64,000 nt of DNA from Bdellovibrionales bacterium. GTDB taxonomy: Bacteria; Bdellovibrionota; Bdellovibrionia; Bdellovibrionales; CAYMLA01. The first letter of the stretch is position 1. Each line of letters begins with the position of its first letter. Location: contig OZ244239.1 of NCBI GenBank assembly GCA_965217115.1, positions 1,280,001-1,344,000 on the forward strand, given 5' to 3'. Under the pieces are notes generated by a model. The model made no database searches, was not told the origin of the DNA, and was given only the letters and a program-made list of their open reading frames with translations. The position numbers and the translations under genes were made by a program. This document shows, in pieces, positions 49,943 to 59,833 of this stretch.

Positions 49943-51280
49943 TTAGGGCCTTTTTTTGACAACTCGTTTATAAATGAGTGACATTGGAGTGGTTTTTTTC
50001 TGACTCCATACAACACTGTTATAGAGGAGGTCAGTTGTTTTATCAAATAGAGAGGGGTTATCTCCATAAATAGTGAATAACGGGGAACCTTTTTTGACAA
50101 AATCTCCTATTTTTTTGTGGAGTTCGATCCCTGAGCCATGATCGAGGGAATCAGAGGAGTTTATGCGACCAGCTTTTAGTTGTATGCCAGCAACGCCTAT
50201 TTGTTCACATTCGTAGCGTTGAATGTATCCATCTTGTGGAGCAGAGAGAACGTGTTTGTTTTTGCTAGCTGTGATGTGAGAAGGCCCATCGTCTTTTAAA
50301 ACAGCACCTTGTTGCTCAAGAACTTGTATAAATTTTTTATAGGCTTGGCCCGATTGAAGAATATTCGTGGCAGTATCGATGCCTTCTTCGAGGGATGAGA
50401 GTTTTTTTCCAATAAAAATCATGGCTCCAGCTAATTGCAAGCTGAGCTGTCGAGTGTCATCATAAAGATCATTTCCATCAACAATATGTTTCTGACCCTT
50501 AAGAATGTCTATGCATTCAATGATTTCTAAACCATTTCCAATAAAACGTCCAAGAGGTTGGTTCATATCAGAAATAAAATAGGCCATCTGTAATCCATGG
50601 GATTGACCGATGGATAAAAGGGCCGAGGCTAATTCTTCAGCTTGTTCCTGAGTTTTCATAAAAGCTCCTGTGCCAACTTTTATATCTAGAACAAGTCCAT
50701 TTATTCCTTCGGAAATTTTTTTAGAAAGAATACTCCCACAAATAAGAGGTAGAGAATCAACGGTGCCTGTGACGTCGCGAAGGGCATAGATTTTTTTATC
50801 TGCAGGGCAAATTTCTTTAGTTTGTCCCATGATAGAGAACTGAATTTCATTTACTTGTTTCGTAAATTGTTCAATGCTGAGGTTTAGATTAAAACCTTCA
50901 ATGCTTTCTAGTTTATCTAAGGTTCCCCCTGTGTGACCTAGACCTCGTCCAGCAATCATGGGGACAGGGACTCCTGCAGCTGCAGCGATTGGACCTAAGA
51001 TGAGGGAGGCTTTGTCGCCAACGCCGCCCGTACTGTGTTTGTCTACAGGAAAAACATCCTGTGCAAATTTAACACGACTGCCTGAATTTATCATTGCCTG
51101 AGTGAGTAGGGAAGTTTCGTTCTCTTTCATACCTTGAAAATAAACAGCCATTAGCCATGCAGACATTTGATAATCAGGGAGATCACCATTGGAGTAGGAG
51201 TTGATTAAAAAATCAATTTCTTCTTTTGAATGCTGAGCTCCAAGTTTTTTTTTCTTTATAAGCTCTGCGGGGATAAACAT
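49943..51280 (-). CDS. pdp: Thymidine/pyrimidine-nucleoside phosphorylase
   Basis: DKHSTGGVGDK, GRGLGHTGGTLDKLESI, YALRDVT; start set at MFIPAE. Confidence 0.93.
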   Translation of the reverse strand: MFIPAELIKKKKLGAQHSKEEIDFLINSYSNGDLPDYQMSAWLMAVYFQGMKENETSLLTQAMINSGSRVKFAQDVFPVDKHSTGGVGDKASLILGPIAAAAGVPVPMIAGRGLGHTGGTLDKLESIEGFNLNLSIEQFTKQVNEIQFSIMGQTKEICPADKKIYALRDVTGTVDSLPLICGSILSKKISEGINGLVLDIKVGTGAFMKTQEQAEELASALLSIGQSHGLQMAYFISDMNQPLGRFIGNGLEIIECIDILKGQKHIVDGNDLYDDTRQLSLQLAGAMIFIGKKLSSLEEGIDTATNILQSGQAYKKFIQVLEQQGAVLKDDGPSHITASKNKHVLSAPQDGYIQRYECEQIGVAGIQLKAGRINSSDSLDHGSGIELHKKIGDFVKKGSPLFTIYGDNPSLFDKTTDLLYNSVVWSQKKTTPMSLIYKRVVKKRP

Positions 51281-51281
51281 T

Positions 51282-51965
51282 TTAAGTCCTTTTCGTATCC
51301 ATATGAGTAACGATAGTAACACCAGAACTTGTACCGAGACGATTGGCTCCGGCGGCAATCATATCTAAGGCATCTTGGTAGGTTTTAATTCCACCGCTGG
51401 CCTTCACGCCAATATGGGGAAGAATCGTTTTTCTTATAAGTTTAATATCAGAAATCGAGGCTCCAGAGGAGGAGAATCCAGTGGAGGTTTTTATAAAAGA
51501 GGCCCCAGCATCTTGACTGAGCTGGCAGGCAAGGGTTTTTTCTTGATCAGACAAAAGAGAAGTTTCGAGAATGACTTTTACAGGGATATCTCCTGCAGCA
51601 CGGAGTGTTTTTTTTAGATCATTTTCCACATAGTGAAGATTCCTTTCCTTGAGATGACCTATGGGTAAAACCATATCAATTTCTTGGGCCCCATTTTCAA
51701 TGGCATTTTGAGTTTCAAAGACTTTTGTTTCAGTGCACTGGTAACCAAGTGGAAATCCAATAACAGTTATAGATTTAACAGGTGAATTTTGTAGTTCTTT
51801 AAAACAAAGAGCTACAAAGGAAGGGGGGATACAAACGCTGGCAAACTTGTGGATGAGAGCTTCTTGACAGAGCAGCAGGAATTGTTTTTCTGTGGCCTCT
51901 GGTTTTAGAAGAGTGTGATCTATGTAGGGAGCGATGTCTCTAGGGGTATTTATTTTAATATTCAA
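51282..51965 (-). CDS. deoC: Deoxyribose-phosphate aldolase
   Basis: IDHTLLKP, KVILET, FIKTSTGF, KASGGI, RLGTSS. Confidence 0.97.
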   Translation of the reverse strand: MNIKINTPRDIAPYIDHTLLKPEATEKQFLLLCQEALIHKFASVCIPPSFVALCFKELQNSPVKSITVIGFPLGYQCTETKVFETQNAIENGAQEIDMVLPIGHLKERNLHYVENDLKKTLRAAGDIPVKVILETSLLSDQEKTLACQLSQDAGASFIKTSTGFSSSGASISDIKLIRKTILPHIGVKASGGIKTYQDALDMIAAGANRLGTSSGVTIVTHMDTKRT

Positions 51966-52015
51966 TGAAGAATCCTTTTTGAAGTGCCATGGAGGTCTTG
52001 CAAAATAGAGAGATT

Positions 52016-53053
52016 CTAGTCGGGGTCTTTTCCAAGAAAAAGATTTCCGTCTCTTTTTGTGATAAGTCCTCTGCGTATAAGATCTGAAATATATCTATCA
52101 AAATCAATCATACCACTAGCTTGACCTGTTTGTAGAGCTGATGGAATTTGATGGGTCTTTTTTTCGCGAATCATGTTTGCAATGGCTTTTGTGTTCCTCA
52201 TCACTTCATAGGCCGCGACGCGTCCATTTCCATCGACCCTTCGGAAGAGGGTTTGTGCGATAACTCCTCTGAGGCTCTCTGCTAACATAATTCGAATCTG
52301 TTGTTGTTGCCCTTCTGGATAGGCATCAATAATACGATCGATTGTTTTTACAGCACTATTAGTGTGTAGCGTTCCAAAGACAAGGTGACCTGTTTCTGCT
52401 GCTGTGAGAGCCAGGGAAATTGTTTCTAGATCTCTCATCTCTCCGACGAGAATAATATCTGGATCTTCTCGAAGTGCGGCTCGAAGTGCGTTAGAGAAGC
52501 TTTTTGTGTGGCTACTGACTTCCCGTTGATTAATAAGGGACATATGATTGGGGTGTACAAATTCGATAGGGTCTTCAACAGTGATAATATGATCAGAGCG
52601 CGTGACGTTTATGTGATGAATTAGGGCGGCTAGGGTGGTTGATTTTCCTGAACCAGTGGGGCCTGTGACAAGAACGAGTCCCCGTGGAACATCAATAAGA
52701 TTAAGAATACTTGGAGAGAGACCAAGCTCTTTTGGTGTTTTTATTTTTTCTGGAATGGCCCTAAAAACGGCACCAAGACCTTTTCTTTGCATAAAGACAT
52801 TGCAGCGAAAGCGACCTATATCTGGTGTTGCGTAGGCCATATCCAGTTCCCATGTTTCGAGAAATAATTGTTTTTGTTTATCAGGAATTATTTCAAAAAT
52901 AAGAGTTTGGCATTCTTTATTGGAAAGCTCTTTGTAGTTGAGGGGGGTCATTTTGCCGTGAATTCGAAGAACAGGGGCGGATCCACTGGTTAGATGCAAA
53001 TCAGAAGCATCTTGCTTTATCATGATTTTTAGTAATGTATCAATTTTTGCCAT
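52016..53053 (-). CDS. pilT: Type IV pilus retraction ATPase
   Basis: ASDLHL, GPTGSGKSTT, EDPIEF, ALREDPD, AETGHLVFGTLHT. Confidence 0.95.
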   Translation of the reverse strand: MAKIDTLLKIMIKQDASDLHLTSGSAPVLRIHGKMTPLNYKELSNKECQTLIFEIIPDKQKQLFLETWELDMAYATPDIGRFRCNVFMQRKGLGAVFRAIPEKIKTPKELGLSPSILNLIDVPRGLVLVTGPTGSGKSTTLAALIHHINVTRSDHIITVEDPIEFVHPNHMSLINQREVSSHTKSFSNALRAALREDPDIILVGEMRDLETISLALTAAETGHLVFGTLHTNSAVKTIDRIIDAYPEGQQQQIRIMLAESLRGVIAQTLFRRVDGNGRVAAYEVMRNTKAIANMIREKKTHQIPSALQTGQASGMIDFDRYISDLIRRGLITKRDGNLFLGKDPD

Positions 53054-53211
53054 AAAATCTCGAAGTTGTTTTTTATAGAGTTTAGCTCTTTATTGGAGAA
53101 AAATTATCTAAAATTGGATACAGAGGTGTTATAGGGGAACTTTCTAGACGTACGTCAGTTATATTGGTAAGGAATGCCAGTATGTTTAAGAAGATTTAAG
53201 GGAGAGAGAAG

Positions 53212-54798
53212 GTGTCAGCAGAAATTCTAATTAATATTAGACCGACGGAAACTCGTGTGGCTTATGTGGAAAATGGTGTGTTGACCGATTTGAAGGTGGA
53301 GAGAAAGGTCTCGCCAACATTGGTTGGTTCTATTCATTTAGGTAAAGTGTCACGTGTTCTTCCGGGGATGCAAGCGGCGTTTGTTGATATCGGTTTGGAT
53401 AGGGCGGCTTTTTTATATGTGGGGGATATTCGTGATGATATTGATACGAATGAGAGTCTTTATATTGCAAATGATGGAGACAAGGAAGAGAGTTCAATGG
53501 AATTTCTTCTTGAAGATCAGGATGAAGGTTTTTCAAAAAATGAAGAGAAACAAGCGATTCAGGATCTTTTGAGAGAAGGACAAAATATTTTAGTTCAGGT
53601 TTCAAAGGACCCCTTGGGGACGAAGGGCGCAAGAATTACAACCCATATTTCTCTGGCAGGTCGACTTATTGTTTACATGCCGACGACCCATCATTTGGGA
53701 ATTTCAAGGAGGATTGAGAAGGAAGAAGAGAGGGAGAGATTGAAGGAAACCGTTTTGTCTTTAAAGCCAAATGGCGGGGTCATCGTTCGCACGGCCTGTG
53801 AAGATGCCGACAGGGAAAATTTGCAAACGGATTTAAATTATCTGGAAAAATTGTGGACAGATGTTTATAACTCTTACCAAAAGAAAAAAAACCCAGGGGT
53901 GATCTATTCAGAAATGGGAGTTGAGCTGAGGGCGTTGAGAGACCTATTAACCTCTGAAGTGAAGACGGTTTATGTGGATGAGGGCAGAGCGTATAAAAGA
54001 GCTGTAAAGTTTGTGGGACAATTTATGCCACGTTTTAAGAATAAAATGACTCATTATCAGCAGAGGCAACCCCTGTTTGATATGTATGATTTAGACCATG
54101 AAATTTCTCGATCTATTGCCCGTAAAGTTTGGCTTAAGTCAGGGGGCTATATTGTTTTTGATGAAGCAGAGGCGTTGGTTGTTGTGGATGTCAATACGGG
54201 GCGTTTTGTTGGCAAGAGAGATTTTGAGGAAACGATTGTTAAGACTAATTTAGAGGCGGCCAAGGAGGTCGCTCACCAGCTGAAAATTCGTAATTGTGGA
54301 GGAATCATTATTGTGGATTTCATCGACATGGAAAATGCCGTTCATCGAGAAATGGTTTTGGATATGTTGGAATTGGAGTTTAAAACAGACCCAGCTCGAA
54401 CAAATGTTTTAGGCATGTCTGAGTTGGGATTGGTAGAAATGACTCGAAAGAGAACTCGACCAAGTCTGATAAAGACGCTTTGTAGTCCCTGCTCCTATTG
54501 TGATGGGCGTGGATATATTAAAACCTGTTCGTCAGTTGTGGGGGAAGTTTTTCGAGCTATTCAAAGAGAGGCGAGTTGGGGAGTTAAAAAGAATAAAACA
54601 GCCATTGTTCGTTGTCACAGAGATGTGGTGGACTGGGTTTATGGGGAAGAGGCGGAATCTTTGGAGGAGTTGGAAAACAGAACAGGCTGGGCAGTGACCT
54701 TTAAAATGGAATTGAGTTATCACCGAGAGCAGCATGATATTGAATATTTGGACTTCAATTACGCGGAAATTTCTGGAAAATCAGGAATTAAAACATAA
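53212..54798 (+). CDS. rng: Ribonuclease G (Rne/Rng family)
   Basis: LPGMQAAFVDIG S1 domain, KDPLGTKGARIT, DVNTG, GGIIIVDFIDM, CSYCDG. Confidence 0.93.
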   Translation: MSAEILINIRPTETRVAYVENGVLTDLKVERKVSPTLVGSIHLGKVSRVLPGMQAAFVDIGLDRAAFLYVGDIRDDIDTNESLYIANDGDKEESSMEFLLEDQDEGFSKNEEKQAIQDLLREGQNILVQVSKDPLGTKGARITTHISLAGRLIVYMPTTHHLGISRRIEKEEERERLKETVLSLKPNGGVIVRTACEDADRENLQTDLNYLEKLWTDVYNSYQKKKNPGVIYSEMGVELRALRDLLTSEVKTVYVDEGRAYKRAVKFVGQFMPRFKNKMTHYQQRQPLFDMYDLDHEISRSIARKVWLKSGGYIVFDEAEALVVVDVNTGRFVGKRDFEETIVKTNLEAAKEVAHQLKIRNCGGIIIVDFIDMENAVHREMVLDMLELEFKTDPARTNVLGMSELGLVEMTRKRTRPSLIKTLCSPCSYCDGRGYIKTCSSVVGEVFRAIQREASWGVKKNKTAIVRCHRDVVDWVYGEEAESLEELENRTGWAVTFKMELSYHREQHDIEYLDFNYAEISGKSGIKT

Positions 54799-54864
54799 TC
54801 TGACGCATTATTTAACAAAAGCATGGATGTGTTCGATTTGAGTGGTCCAGTGGGTAAAAAGCGA

Positions 54865-54893
54865 TTGACCCAAAGAGTGATATTTAGCATATA
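54865..54893 (+). promoter_or_regulatory. Putative sigma70 promoter for rplU-rpmA
   Basis: TTGACC-N17-CATATA about 180 nt upstream of rplU. Confidence 0.4.
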
Positions 54894-55070
54894 TATCCGA
54901 ATCGGTTAAAATGTCTGGTAAGAGCGTGATTTAACGAAAGAATATTCGATCAGTTATTGACAATATTATTGCGCTGTGACATTAACTGCTGACGTAGCTT
55001 TGTTTGGAGCGACTGGTCGATCGAGAGAGGCCATTGTTTTTTTTAGAAGATTAATTTTTTGGAGGCAAGT

Positions 55071-55664
55071 ATGTACGCCATCATTCGCACAGGCGGGAAG
55101 CAGTATAAAGTTGAAGCTGGAGATTTATTAAAAATCGAGAGAATTAATGTTGATCTTGGTTCTAAATTAGATTTAACAGAGGTTCTTCTTGTTGGTGGAG
55201 AGAAAACTTTTGTTGGTAAGCCTGTTGTTGAAAACGCTAAAGTGACAGCGGTGGTGACGAAGCAAGCAAAAGCTCCTAAGGTGATTGTTTTTAAGAAAAA
55301 ACGTCGTCAAGGTTATCGTCGACTAAAGGGACATCGCCAGTTTTTTACGGAGCTGTTTATCACCTCGATCACTTCTCCAGAGGGAAGTATTAGTAAAACA
55401 GACAATGAGGCACCGGTTGTTGACGTCGCAGCTGTTGCAGAAAAAAAACAAATTGATCGTGTTGCTCAAAAAGAAGCTCGTCGCAGGGGAGAGTTAAAAG
55501 AAACTCCTAAAACGGCCACAAAAAAGTCGGCAAAAAAGACTGTGACTAAGAAAGCGGCGAAGAAAAAAACTGTGGCTAAAAAAACGGCAAAGAAAAAAAG
55601 CGTGACTAAGAAAGCTGCGAAGAAAAAAACTGTGGCTAAGAAAACAGCAAAGAAAAAAGTTTAA
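55071..55664 (+). CDS. rplU: 50S ribosomal protein L21 with Lys/Ala-rich C-terminal extension
   Basis: MYAIIRTGGKQYKV, FKKKRRQGY..GHRQ; RBS ggagg. Confidence 0.97.
   Translation: MYAIIRTGGKQYKVEAGDLLKIERINVDLGSKLDLTEVLLVGGEKTFVGKPVVENAKVTAVVTKQAKAPKVIVFKKKRRQGYRRLKGHRQFFTELFITSITSPEGSISKTDNEAPVVDVAAVAEKKQIDRVAQKEARRRGELKETPKTATKKSAKKTVTKKAAKKKTVAKKTAKKKSVTKKAAKKKTVAKKTAKKKV
55533..55661 (+). repeat. ~30-bp tandem repeat (60-bp higher-order unit) encoding the (KKK)TVTKKAA/TVAKKTA tail of L21
   Basis: gtgactaagaaagc.gcgaagaaaaaaactgtggctaa.aaaac.gcaaagaaaaaa occurs twice. Confidence 0.85.
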
Positions 55665-55686
55665 TAATTTTTAACGGAGATAGAAA

Positions 55687-55947
55687 ATGGCATCGAAAAA
55701 AGCCGCAGGTAGTACGAGAAACGGACGCGATAGTAACAGTAAAAGGCTGGGCGTAAAACGATTTGGCGGCGAAAAGGTTTTACCAGGAACGATTATTTGT
55801 CGTCAACGTGGAACAAAATTTCATGTGGGCAGCAATGTACGATTGGGTCGTGATTACACTGTTTATTCGTTAATTGAGGGAAAAGTTCAGTTTGAAAGAG
55901 TGAATAAACAGAAAATGAGAATAAGTGTTTATCCTTTGTCGGCATAA
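55687..55947 (+). CDS. rpmA: 50S ribosomal protein L27
   Basis: [32 protein letters not shown]. Confidence 0.98.
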   Translation: MASKKAAGSTRNGRDSNSKRLGVKRFGGEKVLPGTIICRQRGTKFHVGSNVRLGRDYTVYSLIEGKVQFERVNKQKMRISVYPLSA

Positions 55948-55996
55948 TCTTGTAATCTGTTTGAATTTTTAGAATGAAAGACGGTGTGTTTTATTT

Positions 55997-56029
55997 AAAA
56001 AAAAAAGGAGCTGCAGGCTCCTTTTTTTA
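55997..56029 (+). terminator. Intrinsic terminator after rpmA
   Basis: A-run-ggagc-tgcag-gctcc-ttttttt. Confidence 0.8.
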
Positions 56030-56046
56030 TTGTGGAGAGAGTGAGT

Positions 56047-57072
56047 GTGAAGTTTGTTGATGAGGTTTCAATTAAAATAACTTCAGGTAATGGAGGCTCG
56101 GGTTGTGCGAGTTTTCTACGTGAAAAATATCGTCCACGGGGAGGGCCTGACGGGGGCCACGGAGGAAAGGGCGGAGATGTGATTATAAAGACGAGTGGGA
56201 GCTTGAATTCGTTGATCGATTTCAGACCTAAGTATAATTATGCCGCTAAAAATGGAGGTTCAGGTTCGAGTCGCCAGAAGGACGGGGCTTGTGGGGAGGA
56301 TATGATTTTAGAGGTTCCCGTGGGAACTGTTGTTGTGAGTGACCAAGGAGAAATTCTTGCTGATTTTGAAGAGATTCAAGAGACGATAGTTCTTCATGGT
56401 GGCAGAGGCGGCAAAGGCAATACTTTTTTTAAAACGAGCGTGAATCAGGCCCCAGAGCATTTTCAGCCAGGTGAGGAAGGAGAGAGTAGAAGTGTTTCCT
56501 TGGAGTTGAAGCTTATTGCTGATGTGGGAATTATCGGGTTACCAAATGCGGGAAAATCGACTCTTATTGCAGCGATTTCAGCGGCGAGACCAAAAATTGC
56601 TGGATATCCTTTTACGACCTTAACCCCGAACTTAGGAGTGGTGAAAGTTGGAGAAGGAGATTCTTTTGTTGTTGCAGATATTCCAGGGTTGATTGAGGGA
56701 GCACATCAAGGGGTGGGGTTGGGCCATCAGTTTTTACGTCATGTTGAGAGAACACGTCTTCTTGTTCACTTGATTGATATAAGCCCAATGAGTGAAAAAT
56801 CTCCAGTGGAAGCTTTTGATTTATTAAATTATGAATTAGAGCAATATGATCGCATCAAGAAGGATTCGGATGGGTTTGTTTCTCTTTTTGATAGAAAGCA
56901 AATTGTTGTGTTTAATAAATTAGATTCTGTACAGAGAGAAGAAGGACTTTTTATTCAGCAAGAGTTTGAAAAGAAGAGAGGGATAAAACCACTGATCCTT
57001 TCAGCAGTCAGTGGACAGGGTTTAAAGCCTCTGATCGAAGAGATGGGGAGAGATATTCTTGGGAAAAATTAA
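56047..57072 (+). CDS. obgE: GTPase Obg/CgtA
   Basis: KFVDE, GGPDGGHGGKGG, GLPNAGKST, YPFTTL, DIPGLIEGA, NKLD. Confidence 0.98.
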   Translation: MKFVDEVSIKITSGNGGSGCASFLREKYRPRGGPDGGHGGKGGDVIIKTSGSLNSLIDFRPKYNYAAKNGGSGSSRQKDGACGEDMILEVPVGTVVVSDQGEILADFEEIQETIVLHGGRGGKGNTFFKTSVNQAPEHFQPGEEGESRSVSLELKLIADVGIIGLPNAGKSTLIAAISAARPKIAGYPFTTLTPNLGVVKVGEGDSFVVADIPGLIEGAHQGVGLGHQFLRHVERTRLLVHLIDISPMSEKSPVEAFDLLNYELEQYDRIKKDSDGFVSLFDRKQIVVFNKLDSVQREEGLFIQQEFEKKRGIKPLILSAVSGQGLKPLIEEMGRDILGKN

Positions 57073-58081
57073 AGAACGTATAGGGCTTTTTGGTGGAACA
57101 TTTAACCCACCACACATGGGTCATGTAAATAGTATGTTAACGATTTTAAATCGTCTTAAATTAGATAGAGTCGTGGTGATTCCAAACAGTAAAAATCCAT
57201 TGAAGCCAATAACGGATGGTCCGACACCAGAGCAGCGTTTAGTGATGACAGAGAAAATGGTTAAAACCTATGAAGAGTTGAGTGTAGACAATTTAGAAGT
57301 TGAAAAGGGTGGAGAGAGCTACACTTATGAGACAATTAAAAAATACAGTGAAAAGCATTCAGCTGAAGATATTCATTTGATTGTGGGTATAGATACGTTT
57401 GATGGATTTGGGCGTTGGAAGAATTTTGAAGAAATATTAACTTCTTGTAACCTTGTGGTAACAAGTCGTTCAGGGCATTACTTGCCTTTGGGAATTGAAG
57501 AGTTACCGCAAGGTGTTCAGGACTTAGTTGCAGAGTATGATCGACAATTTATTGTTTTACAGACAGGTCGAACGATTCAGTTTGTACAGTTGGATGATAT
57601 GGATGTTTCGGCAACGGAGATCCGTAAGAAGTTACGTTTTGGAAAAAAAGTTGAGGAATTTTTAGCTTTAGAGGTCGTGGATTACATTAAAGAAGAGGGC
57701 TTGTATAAACCCATAGGGCCGAGGTTGGGTGATGCAGAGGAATTCACTTGTTTTTGTGCCCAAATCCTCTTTAACCGTAAGGGCATTAATGTTCAGGGTT
57801 ATAACTTGGGAGAGCAGTCTTCAAGTTCAGAATTTTCTTTAATTACTTCTGGAACCAGCACACGCCATGCTATTGCTATGGGAGAACAAATTATTGAGAG
57901 AGTCTTAGAGAAATATGGAGTGCGACCGCTGAGTGTGGAGGGAGTTACCGAGGGGCGTTGGGTTCTTTTGGATTATGGCCAGTTAATTGTTCATATTTTC
58001 TATGATTATGTGAGAATGGAGTATCAGTTGGAAAATCTTTGGCAAGATGGTGAGCGTTTAAAACTAGAAGATAAAGAGTGA
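57059..58081 (+). CDS. nadD: Nicotinate-nucleotide adenylyltransferase fused to ribosome silencing factor RsfS (Iojap)
   Basis: GGTFNPPHMGH, SYTYET, VSATEIRK, then ITSGTSTRH...WVLLDYGQLIVHIF...YQLENLW. Confidence 0.92.
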   Translation: MGKIKERIGLFGGTFNPPHMGHVNSMLTILNRLKLDRVVVIPNSKNPLKPITDGPTPEQRLVMTEKMVKTYEELSVDNLEVEKGGESYTYETIKKYSEKHSAEDIHLIVGIDTFDGFGRWKNFEEILTSCNLVVTSRSGHYLPLGIEELPQGVQDLVAEYDRQFIVLQTGRTIQFVQLDDMDVSATEIRKKLRFGKKVEEFLALEVVDYIKEEGLYKPIGPRLGDAEEFTCFCAQILFNRKGINVQGYNLGEQSSSSEFSLITSGTSTRHAIAMGEQIIERVLEKYGVRPLSVEGVTEGRWVLLDYGQLIVHIFYDYVRMEYQLENLWQDGERLKLEDKE

Positions 58082-58548
58082 AAATAGTCATTTGTGGAGT
58101 TGTTAATTCTAGAGAGGAGATGCTAAATCATTTTTTAGAGAAATTTTCAGAAAAAATAGGAAGATTTATAAAGATTGAATTCGACCTATTAAAACCGAAG
58201 AGAGTGGATAGAGAAGAACGAGAGTATAAAAAAAAAGAAGAGAGCCTCTTGGTTTTGAATCGAATTGGGGAAAAAGATTTTTTAATTCTTTGCGATGAAA
58301 AAGGGGAGATGTTTACCTCTGAGGAATTCTCTGTTCGCCTGGAGAAAGTTTTAGAATTAGGCCGACGCCGAGTGGTTTTGGCAATTGGTGGAGCTTACGG
58401 GTTTAGTGAAGAAATTCGTGGGAGAGCGGATCTTATTTGGAGTTTTTCTCGGATGACGATAAATCATCACTTGGCTTATGGAGTGGCGATGGAACAGCTC
58501 TATCGAGCTTTTACAATTATAAAAGGGATCTCCTATCATAATAAGTAG
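58078..58548 (+). CDS. rlmH: 23S rRNA pseudouridine1915-N3-methyltransferase
   Basis: DEKG, IGGAYG, SFSRMT, EQLYRAFTI.KG..YH. Confidence 0.93.
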   Translation: MKIVICGVVNSREEMLNHFLEKFSEKIGRFIKIEFDLLKPKRVDREEREYKKKEESLLVLNRIGEKDFLILCDEKGEMFTSEEFSVRLEKVLELGRRRVVLAIGGAYGFSEEIRGRADLIWSFSRMTINHHLAYGVAMEQLYRAFTIIKGISYHNK

Positions 58549-58587
58549 ACAGAGAGATGTCTTCTTGAAATTTAAAGGGAATATATT

Positions 58588-59826
58588 GTGTTTAGTTTTA
58601 AATCGTTTAATTTACAACCGTCTATTTTAGAGGCATTGGATCGCAAGGGTTATGAAGTGCCGACTCCAATCCAGGCGAAAGCGATCCCCTACCTTTTAGA
58701 AGGGGGGGACCTCCTTGGAATTGCACAAACGGGCACAGGTAAGACAGCGGCGTTTTCGTTGCCAATTTTAAATCGTTTGGGAAAAAATAAAAAAAAGACA
58801 GCACAGGGTCATGTTCGAGTTTTAATTTTAACACCAACCAGAGAATTAGCATCACAGATTGATGAAAACATTAAATTATATGGCAAGGGGCTGGGGTTGT
58901 TCAGTACGACTGTTTTTGGTGGAGTGAGTTCTCGTCCTCAAATAAAGGCTTTGTCTCGTGGGTTAGACATACTGGTTGCAACCCCGGGAAGGTTATTAGA
59001 TTTAATGGGTGGCGGTTATGTAAAGTTTGATAAGATGGAGGTTTTTGTTCTTGATGAAGCAGATCGCATGCTGGATATGGGATTTATTCGAGATATAAGA
59101 AGAATTATTACAAAATTACCAAAAGAGCGACAGACGTTGCTGTTTTCAGCGACAATGCCGGAAGAGATATCTTCTTTAGCGATATCGTTACTAAAAAATC
59201 CTAAGCGAGTTGATATTACCCCAGAAGTGACAACAGTGAATAAAATCAAACAAAAAATTAATTTTGTTGAGAAATCAAAAAAGCCTCTTTTATTAGAGAA
59301 GATTCTCAAAAATGAAAATATTAAGAGTGTCCTTGTTTTTTCTAGGACAAAACACGGTGCGGATCGAGTGGTGAAGTTCCTCAATAAAGAAAAGCCTCAG
59401 TCGGGGGCCATTCATGGGAACAAGCCACAGAGGGCTAGAGAGAGGGCGCTTAAGAAGTTTCGAGACGCAGAGATGAGGGTCTTAGTTGCGACAGATATTG
59501 CCGCCCGAGGAATAGACATCCCACAGGTGAGTCATGTTATAAACTATGATCTCCCTGATGATCCCGAGGGTTATGTCCACCGAATTGGGCGAACAGGGCG
59601 AGCGGGCAGAAATGGCATCGCCATCTCTTTCTGTGATGCTGCAGAGGAAAAGCGATTAAAAGCGATTGAGAAGTTTATAAAATGTAAAATACCTGTTGAT
59701 ACTGAGTACGGCTATCATAAGAGACCCCTTCGGGCCGCCGTGGAAAAGAAGAGCGATCCATCGAAGAAGAGAAGAACAAAGAAGAAAAAGACAAAGAAAG
59801 GCAGATCGTTCCGAACTCCTTCCTGA
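58588..59826 (+). CDS. rhlE: DEAD-box RNA helicase (RhlE-like)
   Basis: PTPIQ, AQTGTGKT, PTRELA, DEAD, SAT, ARGID, HRIGRTGRAG. Confidence 0.9.
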   Translation: MFSFKSFNLQPSILEALDRKGYEVPTPIQAKAIPYLLEGGDLLGIAQTGTGKTAAFSLPILNRLGKNKKKTAQGHVRVLILTPTRELASQIDENIKLYGKGLGLFSTTVFGGVSSRPQIKALSRGLDILVATPGRLLDLMGGGYVKFDKMEVFVLDEADRMLDMGFIRDIRRIITKLPKERQTLLFSATMPEEISSLAISLLKNPKRVDITPEVTTVNKIKQKINFVEKSKKPLLLEKILKNENIKSVLVFSRTKHGADRVVKFLNKEKPQSGAIHGNKPQRARERALKKFRDAEMRVLVATDIAARGIDIPQVSHVINYDLPDDPEGYVHRIGRTGRAGRNGIAISFCDAAEEKRLKAIEKFIKCKIPVDTEYGYHKRPLRAAVEKKSDPSKKRRTKKKKTKKGRSFRTPS

Positions 59827-59833
59827 GAACTTT

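Noticed and set aside
44016..53053. Carboxylase, subtilase, deo and pilT run as a novel pathway
   Set aside because: All are ordinary well-known genes, and co-orientation alone does not imply a shared function
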